A stretch of DNA of 63,834 bases, the filler included, from Octopus bimaculoides (taxonomy: Eukaryota), in the NCBI RefSeq assembly GCF_001194135.2. It is 9 parts of 9 records of this genome, joined end to end, with 100 filler letters (N's around TTAATTAATTAA, not from the genome) between each part and the next. Parts side by side here need not be neighbours in the genome. Positions count along the whole stretch, not along the records: positions 49,371 to 52,111 come from NC_068996.1; positions 52,212 to 59,098 come from NW_026417679.1; positions 59,199 to 61,435 come from NC_069007.1; 6 more parts are not named here. The stretch is one strand, 5' to 3'. Shown one piece after another: positions 49,622 through 61,535 of this stretch. The position numbers and the translations under genes were made by a program. Under the pieces are notes generated by a model. It made no database searches and was not told where the DNA came from. It worked only from the letters and a program-made list of their open reading frames with translations. Each line of letters begins with the position of its first letter. Position 1 is the first letter of the stretch.

Positions 49622-50659
49622 ACAGTCTGTCATATATATGGAGTGAATGTGTGCGTGTCTGTCCCGCCGCTGCTTGACAACCGCTGTTGATGTGCTTACG
49701 TATCCGTAAATTAGCGGTTCGGCATGAGTGAGCGACAAAATAAGTACCAGGTATAACAAAATAAGCTACTGAAGCTCAATCGTTCGACTTAGAAATTGTT
49801 GAAGGCGGTGCCCCAGCATGGCCGCAGTCTAATAACTCGTTCGCTTTGCCGGACGGAATTTCGTGCCGTTTCTTTGCTTGTGTATGCAGTTGTTCGGCTA
49901 GATACAGCGCAAACCTCACCTGTTGTCTAAGAACGAAAGTGTCCACAAAACACACAAACACACACATATATATGCATTCACATATGCATGTGTGTACGTG
50001 CCTTCGTGTGCGATATACAATAAAGAGTAAGCTAGAAATAGCAGCCAAATCACTCTCAAATCAGATTTTATTATTATGATTAAAAGGAAAAGAAAAAAAA
50101 AACCCAGACGTGATAACAGGACAGCTTGGAAAGAGATGGCAGATGGTCTTCGATCTCACTGGATCGGCCTTCACATTATACGTCCGGTCAGTTGGGGTTT
50201 ACCTAGGGCTAAACAACAACAACAACAGCAGCAGCAGCAACACCAACAAAAGCTGCAAAAATCACTTGAAAATATTTCCATAATTTAAAAATAAAATGGT
50301 TATTGTTTTTGAATGAGTTATTTCCCTTGAACAAGCTTTTAGTAGGGACAACTTCATGACTTTAGCATAGGGCCAGCGATATAGGGGTAGGAGTAAGTCG
50401 GTGGCATCGACCTCAGTTTTTAACTTGTATTTATCTAATTGACACCAAAAAGATGAAAAAGCAAAGTCAACCACGACGGTATTTGAACTCAAAAAGTAAA
50501 GAGGTTACCCAGCTTGCTTAACGATTTTACCAACCCACGCCTTGCAAAACGTTACATAATAAACTAGAAATATACATATATATACTGTAATCGGCAGGTA
50601 AGGACAACAATTCCGAACTTATTGTGACCTCATCAGCAAAGAATATATCACATTGTATT

Positions 50660-50660
50660 T

Positions 50661-50723
<63 letters not shown>
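50660..50723. repeat. (AGT)n microsatellite
   Basis: Directly visible. Confidence 0.95.
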
Positions 50724-50900
50724 ATGAGGTGCTCACTAACCATATCTGTATGGTTGAAAAGTTCACTTCTCAACTCTCAGCATCTAGGTCAAGTGTCTTC
50801 AGCACCTAAGTCAAGTGTCAGCTTGTAGATGGATTTGGTAAACGGAAACTGAAAGAAACCCATCGTGTATAATAACACTGTGTATAAACTCTGTATTTGG

Positions 50901-51030
50901 AATGACCAATTTGAAAGACTGTTGGATTTTACTCATAGGGTATTGGAATCTTAATAGTAATCCTTTACAAATGCAATGACCAATCTTAAAGACTATTGGA
51001 TTTTTCTCACACGGTATTAGAATCTTATAT
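50901..51030. repeat. Tandem duplication with a 74-bp period
   Basis: aatgaccaat..aaagact.ttggattt...gtatt.gaatctta occurs at 50901 and 50975. Confidence 0.7.
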
Positions 51031-51139
51031 GTATACCATTCTGCCTAAACGATGGATTTACAAATACAATATTCCCTATATTCACTCTCTATTTCCTATC
51101 TTATCTAAACTAACTATTGCTTAACCATCCTCTCACACC

Positions 51140-51187
51140 GTCTCCGATGAAGGGATATAATAAATATCCTGGAAACAGCTGTAAGAC
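51140..51187 (+). ncRNA. Predicted type I hammerhead ribozyme, U4C core variant
   Basis: gtct-CCGATGA-agggatat(aataa)atatcctg-GAAA-cagctg-TA-agac, with palindromic ACAGCTGT at stem III and a GUA triplet. Confidence 0.7.
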
Positions 51188-51989
51188 CTATTTATAAATG
51201 TTCTATATTATACACAGCCTTGGTCTTTTATCTCATTACGAAAAGTAAATCCTTATATATATATATATATATGGATTCTTTGCTCAACTCAGTACATAAT
51301 AACGAGAAGCATTTTGCTTTCCACCCAAGCTGTAGCACAGTATACATTGTCTCCTTCTTACGAAAAACCCCAGGAGAAATATTCAGAGCAGAACAGGTCC
51401 CTACATGTAGAACTTGTGAACTTCACAAAAGCATACAATAATGAGGTTAGGGTGGCCTCAGTCATCATTTTTACTTCGGTTTTCCTATGCTCAGGTGTTT
51501 GTGAATGCGTGTGAACGCCTGTGCCTGTGCGAGCGCGCGGGTGTCGTCGCGTGGGGAGGATTATACCCAGACGTAACCTGTGTAGTTCGGAAACTGATTG
51601 AAAGTGCTAAATCGTGTACATGCCTGTCAAGACACAGTTCATCTTGAGGAATTATGGGGTTCCAAGAAATTCACATCTATTGTTGAAGCTACGCACGTAG
51701 GACAGGCAGAGAGGAATAACAATACATTAAGACGTCGGAGCGATGCTGCTATAAGCTTTGTCAAACGGCGACGTGCATAGGAAATTAAGGTGTGGGCAAA
51801 TTTTTTTTTTTTTTTGCCGTAGTGCCTAGATGAAGAGGGATAATGGTTTCTTGATGACAATGCTTTAAATATACTGCATAGCTAAGCTGAAAACCACTTC
51901 AGCGTCACCCGTTTTAAAAAGAAAACCAAGCTCACCAACCCCGAGATTTACTGAGAATTCTCAGTAAGTCTCTGCATGTATATCTATGA

Positions 51990-52111
51990 GGGTGTGGAGG
52001 CGCAATGGTCCAGTGGTTAGGGCAGCGGACTCGCGGTTTAGATTCCCAGACCGAGTGTTGTGAGTGTTTATTGAGCGAAAACACCTAAAAGCTCCTCGAG
52101 GCTCCGGCATG
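51990..52111 (+). mobile_element. SINE family C head, cut by the scaffold end
   Basis: gtgtggaggcgcaatggtccagtggttagggcagcggactcgcgg...gtgagtgtttattgagcgaaaacacc. Confidence 0.85.
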
Positions 52112-52211
52112 NNNNNNNNNNNNNNNNNNNNNNNNNNNNNNNNNNNNNNNNNNNNTTAATTAATTAANNNNNNNNNNNNNNNNNNNNNNNNNNNNNNNNN
52201 NNNNNNNNNNN
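52112..52211. other. Artificial scaffold linker 6
   Basis: 44N-TTAATTAATTAA(52156-52167)-44N. Confidence 0.97.
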
Positions 52212-54705
52212 GCCACTGCCTCCTTTATATGGTTGTATATTATATACAACAAACCATGTAATTTTGAATTTAATAATGTTATGAAAGAGAAAATGTACAA
52301 ATTTAGTTAGATATGTACTATTAGCCCTTTCTTTATGCCTAAATGCAAATTTGTGATTATTATAGTAAAGTCGAAGTGAAGAAGAGGGCATACAAATATA
52401 AGCATGTGCTTTACCAAGAGCACTTATACATAAATGTTTTCCTAATGCACTGGTTATTAATGGGANNNNNNNNNNNNNNNNNNNNNNNNNNNNNNNNNNN
52501 NNNNNNNNATTAGTAGGTATAATAACTCCAGAACCACTATTACTAATAGTACTATTAGAGGAATCAGGTACATCAATATGTTGACTATTTGCAGTAGATG
52601 TTGCATTGCGGTTATTTAGGTGGCTGAAAGTTGCAGTATCATTAAACGGATGTCTGTTGTTGTGGTATTATAATTTGCAGTTTCATTTAATACTGCTAAA
52701 TTTTACTATACATTCAGTAATATTAAACATGGTAGAATATGCAGGTTTAACTTTGTAAGAAATTGCATTTGAAAATTTCATGATACGAGCTACATTTAGG
52801 AAGGTATTTATCAAAAACTTGAAAAGGGTTTTGTGTTACATTAGATGCAACGTTCACACTAAAGTTGGGGGGGGGNNNNNNNNNNGGGGGGGGGCGTGAA
52901 CCACAAAATATTCTTTAGTAGCTATTTTAATATTTAAGTTCATTCGGATTAGATGTAATATGGCCTAAAGTAATTTGGTTATTATGGTAATTAACTGCAA
53001 TCATATTACCAGATTTAAATATTTGTATGTACACATACAAACATACATACATATTGTANNNNNNNNNNNNNNNNNNNNNNNNNNNNNNNNNNNNNNNNNN
53101 NNNNNNNNNNNNNNNNNNNNNNNNNNNNNNNNNNNNNNNNNNNNNNNNNNNNNNNNNNNNNNNNNNNNNNNNNNNNNNNNNNNNNNNNNNNNNNNNNNNN
53201 NNNNNNNNNNNNNNNNNNNNNNNNNNNNNNNNNNNNNNNNNNNNNNNNNNNNNNNNNNNNNNNNNNNNNNNNNNNNNNNNNNNNNNNNNNNNNNNNNNNN
53301 NNNNNNNNNNNNNNNNNNNNNNNNNNNNNNNNNNNNNNNNNNNNNNNNNNNNNNNNNNNNNNNNNNNNNNNNNNNNNNNNNNNNNNNNNNNNNNNNNNNN
53401 NNNNNNNNNNNNNNNNNNNNNNNNNNNNNNNNNNNNNNNNNNNNNNNNNNNNNNNNNNNNNNNNNNNNNNNNNNNNNNNNNNNNNNNNNNNNNNNNNNNN
53501 NNNNNNNNNNNNNNNNNNNNNNNNNNNNNNNNNNNNNNNNNNNNNNNNNNNNNNNNNNNNNNNNNNNNNNNNNNNNNNNNNNNNNNNNNNNNNNNNNNNN
53601 NNNNNNNNNNNNNNNNNNNNNNNNNNNNNNNNNNNNNNNNNNNNNNNNNNNNNNNNNNNNNNNNNNNNNNNNNNNNNNNNNNNNNNNNNNNNNNNNNNNN
53701 NNNNNNNNNNNNNNNNNNNNNNNNNNNNNNNNNNNNNNNNNNNNNNNNNNNNNNNNNNNNNNNNNNNNNNNNNNNNNNNNNNNNNNNNNNNNNNNNNNNN
53801 NNNNNNNNNNNNNNNNNNNNNNNNNNNNNNNNNNNNNNNNNNNNNNNNNNNNNNNNNNNNNNNNNNNNNNNNNNNNNNNNNNNNNNNNNNNNNNNNNNNN
53901 NNNNNNNNAGTAGTAGTAGAGCTGATAGCTTTCGTTCGTTTTATGACATATTAGCACTGGAGACGGCTGTCCCACAAATGAAAGTAGCCAGAATAACAAT
54001 GAGAAATTTCAGGCACATATTTCCTTTCTCTGGAAGGGATAGACCACGTTGGAGTACGAATACAGGGGATTTTGAGAGCATGCTCCACTGGATATAGGAA
54101 CGTTAGGTTACATGACGATGGCGTGCAGGTGGACTGAGATATTAGTAAGGATTTATATATAGAATGCCATACCGTAATTATGATAAGAATGGAGTGTGAC
54201 AGCAGTAAAATAAAAGGACNNNNNNNNNNNNNNNNNNNNNNNNNNNNNNNGAGAGAGAGAGACCTAGGAAGTTAATGGAGCGAAATGGTAGAACCTGATA
54301 CCAAAAGTCTGAGACTCATGAAGTCTAATTTGAGCAAGATTTTATTACTACATCTAGCAAGTCATACAACTAAAACGAGGCTCATGTGACGTTAATCCTG
54401 CCGGAAGTTTGTCTCACAAAACATATCCAAGAGCTACGTTATGCTGTTAAGTTTTTAGATGATAAAGTAACTTAGTTTCAGCGTTAATGTCTTAATGCTC
54501 GTAGTTCCTGTAACAAATCAAACGACTTTCATACAATGAAAACAGCATTACCCAGTTTTGGTTTCCTTCAGGTACAAAAGTTCTCATGTCTAACAAACTA
54601 TGATATTAGTTTATTCTTTCACTAAATCATGCCTACCCTAAGAATATTTAATCAATTTATTATTTTATATGAAACAATAACGAAACAATATTATTTTCGC
54701 TGCAG

Positions 54706-54828
54706 ATATAGACGAGTGTGAAAAGCAAAATGCCTGCGAGCACGGTTGCAAGAATACCAACGGATCATATAACTGTACTTGTTTCTCTGGTTATACACTG
54801 AATGCAAATGGCAAGACATGTGACAAAA
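54706..54828 (+). CDS. EGF-repeat gene, exon a: calcium-binding EGF domain
   Basis: ttttcgctgcag| DIDECEKQNACEHGCKNTNGSYNCTCFSGYTLNANGKTCDK |gtaagg; 123 nt, phase 1-1. Confidence 0.93.
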
Positions 54829-55106
54829 GTAAGGCACGAATTTTTACACANNNNNNNNNNNNNNNNNNNNNNNNNNNNNNNNNNNNNNNNNNNNNNNNNN
54901 NNNNNNNNNNNNNNNNNNNNNNNNNNNNNNNNNNNNNNNNNNNNNNNNNNNNNNNNNNNNNNNNNNNNNNNNNNNNNNNNNGTGTGTGTGTGTGTGTGCT
55001 TGTGTGTGTATGTGTGTGTGTGTTTGTGAGTGTCTATTTCCAAAATATTTACGAACAAGCCACCGTTATTATTTGTTTATTTATTCATTTATATATTATT
55101 GGTGCA

Positions 55107-55445
55107 TTCATGGCTGTATGGTAAGAAGCTAGCTTCCCAACCATATGGTGCTGGGTTCAGTTCCATTGCGTGGCACCTAGGGCAAATCACTTCTACCATA
55201 ACCTTGGGCCGACCAAAGCCTTGAGAGTAAATTTGGTAGACGGAAACTGAAAAAGCGTGCCGAATATATATATGCATATATTGATACCTATACGTACATA
55301 CTTCCATCCATACGTATATATATATATTCTTTGTAAGCCTAGTGCTCATTCTATCGGTCGCTTTTGCCGAACTGATACGTTACGGGGATGTAAACACACC
55401 AAGATTGGTTGTAAAGCGATGGTGGAGAGACAGACACATACATAG
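55107..55445. mobile_element. SINE family A with the 5' half on + and the 3' half inverted
   Basis: 55107-55262 is a + head/core; 55327-55445 is the reverse complement of the 3' module. It lies in an intron of the EGF gene. Confidence 0.75.
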
Positions 55446-55893
55446 ACAAAACACAAATATCTCTCTTTAGCTATCTATGAACATATATGTATATATATAT
55501 NNNNNNNNNNTATATATATATATATCAAGATCTGCATATGCATATGTATTATGTCACATATATTCTTTCTTTCTGTACATAAACACGCGCACACACATGT
55601 ACCATACTTCATCTTATGATACTGATTGTCGCATTTCAAATTAAATTTGTTGTTTTCTTATTATTGTAATCGGGCATATATATAAATAGATCAGGGTTGC
55701 CTATATTATCAAAGGCACTAAAAGCACGACGAACAACAACCATAATTCGAGCTAACGTAACGGATTTTTATAACATAATAAAACACTTCAATTATAAGTC
55801 TTAGTTTTCCTCAGTCCTAATAAACATTGTATTCAGTGTCACGAAATTAAATTGTTGATTATAAATTGAATCTTATTGCAATTTTCTTTTCAG

Positions 55894-56010
55894 CGGGGAC
55901 ATTAAACTGTTCTAGCTGCTCTGTTTACCATGGCTGTACAATTAATGCGTCAAGCAGAGAAACGTGTTTTTGTAAATTGGGTTACGATATGAATTCTACA
56001 GGATGCTTCG
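55894..56010 (+). CDS. EGF-repeat gene, exon b: divergent EGF-like domain
   Basis: ttttcttttcag| (T)GTLNCSSCSVYHGCTINASSRETCFCKLGYDMNSTGCF |gtaaga; 117 nt, phase 1-1. Confidence 0.9.
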
Positions 56011-56541
56011 GTAAGATATATCACTAATATATTTTATAAGTAAAATATTTACTAGGCAAGTAAGAAACGAAGAATACCTCTCCTGATCAAAAATAGAAGC
56101 CAGGTTTCCTTCCGTTTCGACTACGATGCATCAAATGCTACATCTTGCAGAATGCAAAGCTTGGTACACTACGCCCCGAAATATGATGGACTATTCATGG
56201 TTTGAGCGTCTTCAGATATATGTGTACTCAATGAAGGTTAAAGATCATCGACAACAGGAGATGGCAGTGTGCAGAAATAATGTTGTGTCGTCTGATCTTC
56301 GGTTGTAGCGTTAATGTGTCATCCGATTTAATACTACCTGGTTCATGGGTTCCTTAACTCCACTCTGTTGTAACATCATAGGTACAGGTCTCCAGAAGCC
56401 TTCAAAGATGATGATGGATTCTGACCTTTCTCCTTCGATTAAAAAGTATCTGAAATAAATTTAATCTTTGTTTTAAATGCAGATACTGACGAATGTTTAA
56501 AATCCTCGGAAATATGNNNNNNNNNNTTGTTTTAAATGCAG

Positions 56542-56667
56542 ATACTGACGAATGTTTAAAATCCTCGGAAATATGTGGAAATGCTACCTGTGTTAACATC
56601 GACTCTAGCTACAAATGTGTGTGTGATGAGGGATACTTTTATAATATAAATACAAATAGCTGTACCG
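56542..56667 (+). CDS. EGF-repeat gene, exon c: calcium-binding EGF domain
   Basis: tttaaatgcag| DTDECLKSSEICGNATCVNIDSSYKCVCDEGYFYNINTNSCT |gtaagt; 126 nt. The partial copy at 56482-56516 is a gap-overlap artefact. Confidence 0.93.
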
Positions 56668-57430
56668 GTAAGTATTTTTTATGTCTTTTTGTTTCTTTGT
56701 TTTGTTTTTCAACTNNNNNNNNNNCGGTAAGTATTTTTTATGTCTTTTTGTTTCTTTGTTTTGTTTTTCAACTACATAAGGTAGATTCCAGTGATCCACA
56801 ACTCAGCAATAGAACCCCAACATTGAAAATATCTTCCAAAGTACTTAATTGTTGTTTTCCATATGAAACATATCACTAAGTCATTAACCCGAGAGATTTG
56901 TGTTTCTCGCGACAAGCTACCACAGGAGAAACTTTCTTCTCAACATAATGTCCTATTTCTTCATACCAAAGAAACAAACATCACACCGATAAATCGAAAT
57001 CGTCATCTGCATGATACTAATTTTCCTCCATTTGGGAACAATAGCATGACACAATGTCAGTTTTCGATGTACCTGCAGTTGGATCGAAAAGTAACCCTTT
57101 ATAGATTATGACAAGAGAGCATGAGAAACAGAAATCCGTCTAAACATTTTAGACCTAAATTTAGGTTTGCATTATTTATTTACTAACGTTTTGAACTTTA
57201 TTTTACTCGCCAAAATCAATCATAACACAAACGATGTCAGTAATATTATGAGTGAATCCAGTAAGGCATGAAAGGATTTAATGAGAATTATTTTAATTAC
57301 TCTTTACCACTACCTCAAAGCGATTTTATAGATTCATTTGCCGCATAAAATTGATTAGACTGCGTCGAACGCCTCTAAAAGATTTGTATCAAAATTGATA
57401 CGTTATCAAGTTTCTATTCTTTCCCTACAG

Positions 57431-57738
57431 AATGTCCGAAGAACAAATATGGAAAAAATTGCAACGAAACATGCGACTTTAGATGTGCTTCTTGTGATAA
57501 AATAACAGGCTGTGTTTGTGAACGCGGTAAAAAAGGAAACAACTGTTCAGAAGATATCAATGAATGTAATTCAACCCACGAATGTGATCGTCTAACAACT
57601 ACTTGCGAAAATGTAGTTGGATCATATTATTGCAAATGTAAGGCTGGTTATAAAAAGATTCTTNNNNNNNNNNAGTTGGATCATATTATTGCAAATGTAA
57701 GGCTGGTTATAAAAAGATTCTTGATATCAAATGTGAAG
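57431..57738 (+). CDS. EGF-repeat gene, exon d: Cys-rich laminin-EGF-like unit plus calcium-binding EGF
   Basis: ttccctacag| ECPKNKYGKNCNETCDFRCASCDKITGCVCERGKKGNNCSEDINECNSTHECDRLTTTCENVVGSYYCKCKAGYKKILDIKCE |gtacgt. It is 249 nt once the 10-N gap and duplicated 57674-57722 are removed. Confidence 0.92.
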
Positions 57739-59098
57739 GTACGTAGATCCAATGAAGTTTTCATAGTCATTCGTAATTTACTGCTTTATAGACTTCATAT
57801 TTCGATGCATATTTTAGTAAGCACTGTCCCGTGAATACATACATACATACACAGGTACATACATAATACAGGCATATATATATATATATATATATATANN
57901 NNNNNNNNNNNNNNNNNNNNNNNNNNNNNNNNNNNNNNNNNNNNNNNNNNNNNNNNNNNNNNNNNNNNNNNNNNNNNNNNNNNNNNNNNNNNNNNNNNNN
58001 NNNNNNNNNNNNNNNNNNNNNNNNNNNNNNNNNNNNNNNNNNNNNNNNNNNNNNNNNNNNNNNNNNNNNNNNNNNNNNNNNNNNNNNNNNNNNNNNNNNN
58101 NNNNNNNNNNNNNNNNNNNNNNNNNNNNNNNNNNNNNNNNNNNNNNNNNNNNNNNNNNNNNNNNNNNNNNNNNNNNNNNNNNNNNNNNNNNNNNNNNNNN
58201 NNNNNNNNNNNNNNNNNNNNNNNNNNNNNNNNNNNNNNNNNNNNNNNNNNNNNNNNNNNNNNNNNNNNNNNNNNNNNNNNNNNNNNNNNNNNNNNNNNNN
58301 NNNNNNNNNNNNNNNNNNNNNNNNNNNNNNNNNNNNNNNNNNNNNNNNNNNNNNNNNNNNNNNNNNNNNNNNNNNNNNNNNNNNNNNNNNNNNNNNNNNN
58401 NNNNNNNNNNNNNNNNNNNNNNNATAAATTGATTTTAATTGAGTTTTTACCTGTAATTTTAGATTTTGTCCCTCATATTATTATATATATATATATTCTT
58501 TTGGATTTGGTTTGCAAGATTCTTTATGAGTNNNNNNNNNNTTTTGGATTTGGTTTGCAAGATTCTTTATGAGTTTATCTGTTGAAGCATATTTTGTTGT
58601 GTCTGGGGAAAGTCAGTCCCTTTTAGTGCCTCATTATTTAACACACTCACCGGTAAAGTTTCCACTCATNNNNNNNNNNNNNNNNNNNNNNNNNNNNNNN
58701 NNNNNNNNNNNNNNNNNNNNNNNNNNNNNNNNNNNNNNNNNNNNNNNNNNNNNNNNNNNNNNNNNNNNNNNNNNNNNNNNNNNNNNNNNNNNNNNNNNNN
58801 NNNNNNNNNNNNNNNNNNNNNNNNNNNNNNNNNNNNNNNNNNNNNNNNNNNNNNNNNNNNNNNNNNNNNNNNNNNNNNNNNNNNNNNNNNNNNNNNNNNN
58901 NNNNNNNNNNNNNNNNNNNNNNNNNNNNNNNNNNNNNNNNNNNNNNNNNNNNNNNNNATTTAGGTCCCCGTAACTTAGTGATTCGGCAAATAACTAAAAC
59001 AGAATACATAGCAAACTTTAAAGACATACAAGTGTCAATTCGTTCGATTAAATTCATCAAGGCGATGTCCCCAATGTCCGCAGTCAAATGACTGAAGC

Positions 59099-59198
59099 NN
59101 NNNNNNNNNNNNNNNNNNNNNNNNNNNNNNNNNNNNNNNNNNTTAATTAATTAANNNNNNNNNNNNNNNNNNNNNNNNNNNNNNNNNNNNNNNNNNNN
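59099..59198. other. Artificial scaffold linker 7
   Basis: 44N-TTAATTAATTAA(59143-59154)-44N. Confidence 0.97.
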
Positions 59199-59864
59199 TA
59201 TATATATAGATATATATATATATATATATAAAATAACGTGAAAATTACCATGTATATATGTATGCATGTGTGTATGTTTGTATGTATGTATGTATGTATG
59301 CATGTATGTATAATGGATCTATACATATACGCATTCGTACTAGCAGACCATCCGCCAATCATATGTGTACAGAAATTATGCGAACATTACGCTAAAGCAT
59401 TTATGCGCATTTCAGAAAATGCATAGACACATGTAACTGTTCTATATCTGAATGCGCATGCGTGTGTGAGTGCCTGTCATTATGTATACCTGCGTGCATG
59501 TGTTTGTGGAGGCTATGCGAGAGTATGTGTACAAGTTTCTGTGACTGTTTTGTGAGTCCGTTTTTCCAACAGAAGGACTGTCAATTCTATTGCAAGTTCT
59601 GTCGACAACCTTAGAAGAAAAATTTGCGAAGCTTACTCTTTTACACGTTTCCTCTCTTACTCTCTATCTCTCTCTCTCTCTTCCTATTCAACATCGCACA
59701 CTACTTTCTTTTCTACCCCTTCCCTTCTCCTTCTTTCTTTCTCCCTCGTTTTCCTGTCTTTCTTTTTTCTTTCTTTTTTTCTTTCTTTCTCCGTATTTCC
59801 TTTATACGGTCGCTTCTTGCATTTTCCCCTTTTTCTGTACTACTAGCTTACTTTCCTTCCCTTG

Positions 59865-60401
59865 TTAAGCCTATCTCTACACATCCTTTGGGTTCAGTCC
59901 CACTATGTGGCACCTTGGACAAGTGTCTTCTACTATAGCTTCGGGCCGACTAAAGCTTTGTGAGTGGATTTGGTAAAGGGAAAGTGAAAGAAGCCCATAT
60001 ATATNNNNNNNNNNNNNNNNNNNNNNNNNNNNNNNNNNNNNNNNNNNNNNNNNNNNNNNNNNNNNNNNNNNNNNNNNNNNNNNNNNNNNNNNNNNNNNNN
60101 NNNNNNNNNNNNNNNNNNNNNNNNNNNNNNNNNNNNNNNNNNNNNNNNNNNNNNNNNNNNNNNNNNNNNNNNNNNNNNNNNNNNNNNNNNNNNNNNNNNN
60201 NNNNNNNNNNNNNNNNNNNNNNNNNNNNNNNNNNNNNNNNNNNNNNNNNNNNNNNNNNNNNNNNNNNNNNNNNNNNNNNNNNNNNNNNNNNNNNNNNNNN
60301 NNNNNNNNNNNNNNNNNNNNNNNNNNNNNNNNNNNNNNNNNNNNNNNNNNNNNNNNNNNNNNNNNNNNNNNNNNNNNNNNNNNNNNNNNNNNNNNNNNNN
60401 N

Positions 60402-60437
<36 letters not shown>

Positions 60438-60602
60438 GATGGGCTTCTTTCAGTTTCCGTCTACCAAATCCACTCACAAGGCTTTGGTCGGCCCAATGCT
60501 ATAGTAGGAGACACTTGCCCAAGGTGCCATGCAATGGAATTGAACCCGGAACCATGTAGTCGATAAGCGAGCTACTTACCACTCACCCACTCCTGCGCCT
60601 AT
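59865..60602. mobile_element. Two SINE family A 5' halves facing each other across a gap (+ 59865-60000; - 60435-60602)
   Basis: gggttcagtcccactatgtggcaccttggacaagtgtcttc...; gggcttctttcagtttccgtctacc...cactcctgcgcct. Confidence 0.8.
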
Positions 60603-60771
60603 ATATCTGAGAAATTATGATAAACACAGTTTTATATCATTTGCTTCCTACATACGTCTCACCTCCACGTACTTCCTACGTACTTCTAACCTCCACATTG
60701 GATATTCCAAGTGTAAATGGATGCTGAACAACAGATCATCAGGGAACACACTTTATAATATTATGTCTCAA

Positions 60772-60985
60772 AGGCGGTGAGCTGGCAGAATCGTTAGCCC
60801 GCCGGGCGAAATACTTAGTGGGATTTCGTCTGCCGCTAGATTCTGAGTTCAAATTCTGCCGAGGTCGACTTTGCCTTTCATCCTTTCAGGGTCGATAAAT
60901 TAAGCACCAGTTGAGTACTTGGGTCGATGTCATCGACTATCCCACTTTCCAAAAACTTCAGGTCTTGTGCCTAGAGTAGAAATAA
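60772..60985 (+). mobile_element. SINE family B, full length
   Basis: aaggcggtgagctggcagaatcgttagcccgccgggcgaaat...cctttcatcctttcagggtcgataaattaagcaccagttg...cttgtgcctagagtag. Confidence 0.9.
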
Positions 60986-61330
60986 TTATATTACGTTTCA
61001 CAGATTCAATGCAACTGAAACCGAAATTTGTGATTACGGTACGCTAACTTTGGATCACTGGAGTATGTGCCTGTATGTATGTGTGTCTGTGTTAGTTCTA
61101 TTGTCTATGTGTACATGTATATATATATATGCACACACAGTCATATAATGCATATAAGTAACCCTCTATGTATATATGCATGTATATGTGTTTGTGTTTT
61201 TTTGTGTTTGTGTGTGTTTTTCTGGATGGTGCATAAGACTGTGTGTGCATATGCTTGGATGTAACTATAAATGGAAAGCATTTTCTATTACATAACTGCC
61301 AACCTACACACACGCCACTAATCTTGTGTC

Positions 61331-61374
<44 letters not shown>

Positions 61375-61435
61375 TCTTAAAAAATAGAGCTCAAAATCAA
61401 TGCATTGAAGATACTTTATTGCAGCAACAATTATA

Positions 61436-61535
61436 NNNNNNNNNNNNNNNNNNNNNNNNNNNNNNNNNNNNNNNNNNNNTTAATTAATTAANNNNNNNNN
61501 NNNNNNNNNNNNNNNNNNNNNNNNNNNNNNNNNNN
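61436..61535. other. Artificial scaffold linker 8
   Basis: 44N-TTAATTAATTAA(61480-61491)-44N. Confidence 0.97.

Noticed and set aside
51441-51780. CpG-richer short ORFs
   Set aside because: No motif recognised and the frames are inconsistent; insufficient support for coding or promoter status.
9724-61491. Recurrent TTAATTAATTAA as a biological motif or CRISPR-like repeat
   Set aside because: It is always centred in exactly 44+44 N, so it is a synthetic linker. No CRISPR array exists in the window.
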